DNA from: Myxococcota bacterium
GTDB taxonomy: Bacteria > Myxococcota_A > UBA9160 > SZUA-336
Length of the DNA stretch: 64,000 nucleotides
Assembly: GCA_965247115.1 (NCBI GenBank)
Contig: CBDFGR010000002.1
Coordinates: 1,952,001-2,016,000, forward strand
Direction of reading: 5' to 3'
Below the pieces are notes generated by a model. It worked only from the letters and a program-made list of their open reading frames with translations. It was not told where the DNA came from and did no database searches. Positions 59,751 to 64,000 of this stretch are shown here, piece after piece. Every line of letters begins with the position of its first letter. Within the stretch, counting starts at the first letter, position 1. The position numbers and the translations under genes were made by a program.

Positions 59751-61613
59751 ATGAGGTGGCTCCTAGTGGTGTCTGTCGCCGTAACGGTGTGGCTGCCGAC
59801 GGCGGCCTCGGCGCAGGTGACGGCTGCACAGGGCTACGTGACTTATGAGGACCGGTGCGCGATGTGCCACGGAACGAAGAGTCTCGTTCCCAACGCGGTC
59901 AGTCGCGAAGCCCTCCGTTCGTTTCCCCCGGAACGGGTGCTCAAGGCTCTGACGACTGGCACGATGGCGGCCAATGCGAGCGGGCTTTCGGAGCAGGAGA
60001 AGCGCGGGCTGGCCGAGTACCTGACCGGTCGCCCGTTCGGAAACGCGGCGGACCGCTCGGCCAAGGCGATGCCGAACCGCTGCGCCGATGACATGCCGAT
60101 GCGAGATCCGTCGTCCGGCCCGCACTGGAACGGCATGAGCCCCGATCCCACTACGAGCGCTCGCTTTCAGCCGGCGGCCGCCGCCGGGCTGACGGCCGAG
60201 CAGCTGCCACGGCTGCGGCGGAAGTGGGCGTTCGGCTTTCCGGACGGCAGCTCGGTCCGGGGCCAGCCGACGGTGGCTGGAGGACGAGTGTTTGTGGGCA
60301 GCGACAACGGGATGGTGTACGCGCTCGACGCGAAGACCGGCTGTGTGCACTGGTCCTTCGAGTCCGGGGAAGCAGTGGTAACGGCCATCAGCGTTGGAGC
60401 GCTGCCCGGGTCGCAGGACCGCTACGCGGCGTACTTTGGAGACTTCCGCGCGAATGTGCACGCCGTGGACGCCGAGACGGGAGAGCCCCTGTGGACGGTG
60501 CGCGCGGACGACCATGAGATGGCGAAGATCACGGGTTCGCCCGTGCTCGACACGCAGGGGGGACGCCTGTTTGTGCCGGTAGGCTCGTGGGAGGAGGTCT
60601 CTGGGATCTTCACCCTCTCGTACGAATGCTGCACGTCCCAGGGCAGCGTGGTGGCCCTGGATGCCTTGACCGGGCGGCAGATCTGGAAGACCTACACGAT
60701 CCCCGAGCGTCCCAGGCCGGTCGGGAAGAACTCCGCAGGCACGCAGCTGTACGGTCCCTCGGGTGCCGGAATCTGGGCGGCACCGACGCTCGACCTCAGG
60801 CGCAGGACCCTCTACGTCGGGACGAGCAACGGCTACATCGAGGTGCCCGACTCGGGGTCCAGTGACGCCGTCATCGCCTTCGACCTCGACACGGGCAAGA
60901 GGCGCTGGTCGACCCAGCTCTTGGCCGGCGATCAGAACTGCGGGGGAGGTGGAATTGCCGCTGCCGACACGAGGATCAACTGCCCCGGTAAGATCCAGAA
61001 TCAAAATGACGATGTGTCCGGGTCGCCCGTCCTGTACACGCTGCCGAACGGGCGTCAGATTCTGATCGCGGGGCAGGAGAGCGGCAGGATCACAGCACTG
61101 GATCCGGACGACAACGGCGCCGTGCTGTGGGTCGCGCAGGCAGGCGACGTGATTGGCCCGAACATGGCGGGCGGCCTTGGTGCTGCCGCGGATGGAGAGC
61201 TCTACTACAGGGCGCTCGGGTTCCCCGACAAGACCGGTGCGATGGCCGCGCTCCGACCCGCAACGGGCGAGCGGGTCTGGTACACCACCCACGCGAAGCC
61301 GACGAGCTGCTCCGACCCCGAGGCGGACTGGTGCACATCGGGCCAGTTCGGGGCAGTCACGGTGATCCCCGGCGCCGTGTTCGCGGGGGCGAGGGACGGC
61401 ACCCTGCGAGCGTACTCGACGGGGGACGGCGAGGTCCTCTGGGAGTACAGCACGATGCAGGAGTACGAGACGGTGAACGGCGTGCAGGCCAAGGGGGGCT
61501 CGATCGGTGGCCACGGGCCGGCGATCGTCGGCGGCATGCTGTTCATCGGCTCGGGTTACAACATCATCACGAGCACCCCGGGCAACGTGCTGCTCGCGTT
61601 CGGGGTCGAGTAA
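59751..61613 (+). CDS. PVA-dehydrogenase-type quinohemoprotein, copy 5
   Basis: CAMCH, same architecture. Confidence 0.9.
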   Translation: MRWLLVVSVAVTVWLPTAASAQVTAAQGYVTYEDRCAMCHGTKSLVPNAVSREALRSFPPERVLKALTTGTMAANASGLSEQEKRGLAEYLTGRPFGNAADRSAKAMPNRCADDMPMRDPSSGPHWNGMSPDPTTSARFQPAAAAGLTAEQLPRLRRKWAFGFPDGSSVRGQPTVAGGRVFVGSDNGMVYALDAKTGCVHWSFESGEAVVTAISVGALPGSQDRYAAYFGDFRANVHAVDAETGEPLWTVRADDHEMAKITGSPVLDTQGGRLFVPVGSWEEVSGIFTLSYECCTSQGSVVALDALTGRQIWKTYTIPERPRPVGKNSAGTQLYGPSGAGIWAAPTLDLRRRTLYVGTSNGYIEVPDSGSSDAVIAFDLDTGKRRWSTQLLAGDQNCGGGGIAAADTRINCPGKIQNQNDDVSGSPVLYTLPNGRQILIAGQESGRITALDPDDNGAVLWVAQAGDVIGPNMAGGLGAAADGELYYRALGFPDKTGAMAALRPATGERVWYTTHAKPTSCSDPEADWCTSGQFGAVTVIPGAVFAGARDGTLRAYSTGDGEVLWEYSTMQEYETVNGVQAKGGSIGGHGPAIVGGMLFIGSGYNIITSTPGNVLLAFGVE

Positions 61614-61625
61614 CGAGGAGACACG

Positions 61626-63518
61626 ATGATGAGATGGTTCTTGGTGGCGTTCGTCGCCCTTACAGTGTGGCTGCCGAGGGCGACGTGGGCGCAGGTGACA
61701 GATTCTAGCTACGCCTTCATGTTCGAGGAGCAGTGCGCGCTCTGCCATGGAACGACGGCTACGATCCCCAACGCGGTCAGTCGCGAAGCCCTCGCAATCT
61801 TCACCCCGGAGCGGGTGCTCGAGGCGCTCACGACCGGTGCGATGGCGCCCAATGCGAGCGCGCTCTCGGACGAGGAGAAGCGCGGGCTTGCCTTGTACCT
61901 GAGCGGTCGCCCGTTCGGAAGCGCGGCGGACCGCTCGGCTGCAGGGATGCCCAACCGCTGCGCCAGCGGGATGGCGATGGGTGATCCCTCATCCGGCCCG
62001 CAGTGGAGCGGCATGAGCCCAGACCCCACCACCAGCGCTCGCTTTCAGCCGGCCGCTGCGGCGGGGCTGACGGTCGAGCAGCTGCCTCGGCTGCGTCGGA
62101 AGTGGGCGTTCGGCTTTCCGGATGGCAGCGCGGTCCGAGGCCAGCCGACCGTGGCTGGGGGTCGGGTGTTCGTGGGTAGCGACAACGGGATGGTGTACGC
62201 GCTCGACGCAGAGACGGGTTGTGTGCACTGGTCCTTTGAGGCCGGGAAGGCCGTGGTAACGGCCATCAGCGTGGGGACCGTGCCGGGGTCGGAGGACCGC
62301 TACGCGGCGTACTTCGGGGATTTCCGAACGAATGTCTACGCCGTGGACGCCGAGACGGGCGAGCAGTTGTGGACGGTGCGCGTCGACGACCATCAGTTCA
62401 CGAAGATCACGGGCTCGCCCGCGCTCGATACGCAGGGGGGACGCCTGCTCGTGTCGGTGGGCTCGTGGGAGGAGGTCGCTGGCCAGAACCTCACATACGA
62501 GTGCTGTACGTCCCAGGGCAGCGTGGTGGCCCTGGACGCAGCGACCGGGCAGCAGCTCTGGAAGACCTACACGATCCCCGAACGGCCCAGACCGATCAGG
62601 AAGAACTCCGCAGGCACGCAGCTATACGGCCCGTCGGGTGCCGGGGTCTGGGTGGCGCCCACGCTCGACCACAAGCGCGGGGCCGTCTACGTCGGCACGG
62701 CGAATGGCTATATCAATGTGCCGGACGCGGGGTCCAGTGACGCCGTCATCGCGTTCGACCTCGATACCGGCAAGCGGCTCTGGTCGACGCAGCTCTTGGC
62801 CAACGACTTGAACTGCGGGGGAGGTGGCACCACCGCTGCCGACCATAGGATCAACTGCCCCGGCTTCGTGGGGCCTTATGACGCGCTGCGCGCCCTAGGT
62901 GGGAATCCCAACGACGACGTGTCCGGGTCGCCGGTCCTGCACACGCTGCCGGATGGGCGTCAGATTCTGATCGCGGGGCAAGAGAGCGGCAGGATCACGG
63001 CACTGGATCCGGACGACAACGGCGCCGTGCTGTGGGTCGCTCAGGCCGGCGACGTGATGGGCCCAGGACGCGGTGGCGGCATGGGCGCCGCCGCGGATGG
63101 AGAGCTCTACTACAGACCCCTCGGGTTACCCGACCAGGGCGGAGGGATGGCCGCGCTCCGGCCCGAGACGGGCGAGCGGGTCTGGTACGCCACGCACCCG
63201 AAGCCGACGGGCTGCTCCGACCCCGAGGCGGAATGGTGCAGCTCGGAACAGCTCGGCGCGGCGACGGCCATCCCCGGCGCCGTATTCGCAGGGGCCCGGG
63301 ATGGCACCCTGCGGGCGTACTCGACGGGGGACGGCGAGGTCCTGTGGGAGTACAACACCATGCAGGAGTACGAGACGGTGAACGGCGTGCGAGCCAAGGG
63401 AGGCTCGATCGGTGGTCATGGGCCGGCGATCGTTGGGGGCATGCTGTTCATGGGCTCCGGCTACAATCTCGTCACGGCCGCCCCAGGGAACGTGCTGATC
63501 GCGTTTGGCGTCGAGTAA
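61626..63518 (+). CDS. PVA-dehydrogenase-type quinohemoprotein, copy 6
   Basis: CALCH, same architecture. Confidence 0.9.
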   Translation: MMRWFLVAFVALTVWLPRATWAQVTDSSYAFMFEEQCALCHGTTATIPNAVSREALAIFTPERVLEALTTGAMAPNASALSDEEKRGLALYLSGRPFGSAADRSAAGMPNRCASGMAMGDPSSGPQWSGMSPDPTTSARFQPAAAAGLTVEQLPRLRRKWAFGFPDGSAVRGQPTVAGGRVFVGSDNGMVYALDAETGCVHWSFEAGKAVVTAISVGTVPGSEDRYAAYFGDFRTNVYAVDAETGEQLWTVRVDDHQFTKITGSPALDTQGGRLLVSVGSWEEVAGQNLTYECCTSQGSVVALDAATGQQLWKTYTIPERPRPIRKNSAGTQLYGPSGAGVWVAPTLDHKRGAVYVGTANGYINVPDAGSSDAVIAFDLDTGKRLWSTQLLANDLNCGGGGTTAADHRINCPGFVGPYDALRALGGNPNDDVSGSPVLHTLPDGRQILIAGQESGRITALDPDDNGAVLWVAQAGDVMGPGRGGGMGAAADGELYYRPLGLPDQGGGMAALRPETGERVWYATHPKPTGCSDPEAEWCSSEQLGAATAIPGAVFAGARDGTLRAYSTGDGEVLWEYNTMQEYETVNGVRAKGGSIGGHGPAIVGGMLFMGSGYNLVTAAPGNVLIAFGVE

Positions 63519-63563
63519 AGGAGGCCACGAATGGGGAACAGAGTCCATCGAGGAGGCACGCTG

Positions 63564-64000
63564 ATGAAGTGGTTCGTCGTCGCGTTCGTTGCCGTCACGA
63601 TGTTGGTGCCGAGGGCCACGTGGGCGCAGGTGACAGATAGCTCGGCCGCCTTCCTGTTCGAGGAGCAGTGCGCGCTCTGTCATGGAACGACCAGCACCGT
63701 CCCCAACGCGGTCAGTCGCGAGGCCCTCCGAGCGTTCTCGCCGGAGCGGGTGCTCGAATCGCTCACGACCGGAGCGATGGCGCCCAATGCGAGCGCCCTC
63801 TCTGATCAGGAGAAGCGCGGGCTGGCCGAGTACCTGACCGGTCGCCCGTTCGGAAGCGCGGCGGACCGCTCGGCTGCGGCAATGCCGAACCGCTGCGCCA
63901 GCGGCATGCCGATGGGTGATCCGTCCGCCGGCCCGCAGTGGGGCGGCATGAGCCCCGATCCCACGACCAGCGCTCGCTTTCAGTCGGCCGCTGCGGCGGG
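63564..64000 (+). CDS. PVA-dehydrogenase-type quinohemoprotein, copy 7 (runs off window; alternative in-frame ATG at 63531)
   Basis: Not in the track. Manual translation: MKWFVVAFVAVTMLVPRATWAQVTDSSAAFLFEEQCALCHGTTSTVPNAVSREAL... Confidence 0.88.
   Translation, partial: MKWFVVAFVAVTMLVPRATWAQVTDSSAAFLFEEQCALCHGTTSTVPNAVSREALRAFSPERVLESLTTGAMAPNASALSDQEKRGLAEYLTGRPFGSAADRSAAAMPNRCASGMPMGDPSAGPQWGGMSPDPTTSARFQSAAAA

Larger units (their letters stand above)
52161..64000 (+). repeat. Head-to-tail tandem gene array, unit about 1.9 kb, at least 7 units
   Basis: Each complete unit ends FGVE-stop, followed by a 12-15 bp spacer containing GAGGAG (45 bp before copy 7). Confidence 0.95.

Noticed and set aside
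45863..64000. Methanol dehydrogenase (mxaF/xoxF) cluster implying methylotrophy
   Set aside because: The PQQ proteins have an N-terminal CxxCH cytochrome and PVA-dehydrogenase-type motifs; no mxaF/I/J/G recognised.
52161..64000. Tandem array as a pure assembly duplication
   Set aside because: Copies differ by many synonymous changes, distinct signal peptides and in-frame indels, which simple artefactual duplication would not produce.
33315..64000. Diversity-generating retroelement or shufflon behind the variable loops
   Set aside because: No reverse transcriptase or site-specific recombinase in the window; differences include indels and are not adenine-restricted; all copies are co-oriented.

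Overview
High-GC bacterial window, probably from an environmental Gram-negative lineage. The DUF222-HNH gene type and type IV pilin hint at Myxococcota-like bacteria (inference only). 1-29 kb is mostly CoA-, flavin- and PLP-dependent catabolic genes, plus a globin-[2Fe-2S]-class III cyclase fusion, an orphan CbbQ/NorQ + CbbO/NorD chaperone pair and a degenerate HNH gene with palindromes. 29-38 kb holds a TTQ amine dehydrogenase operon (mauB-E-D-A-cytochrome c, no mauG). Next to it is a TonB-dependent receptor followed, behind a strong hairpin, by a plug-less, internally deleted copy with different loops. The most striking system is at 45.9-64 kb. A six-gene operon (MoxR, DUF58, membrane protein, VWA, TPR-like, VWA) has the gene order of the methanol dehydrogenase maturation genes mxaRSACKL. 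It is divergently transcribed from a head-to-tail array of at least seven PVA-dehydrogenase-type quinohemoproteins (cytochrome c + PQQ propeller). These copies share a near-invariant framework but differ in mosaic loops predicted to lie near the active site. Three genes carry single-base frameshifts and one a nonsense codon (sequencing error or recent decay). No rRNA, tRNA or CRISPR array was recognised. All calls rest on motif recognition by eye; no searches were run.
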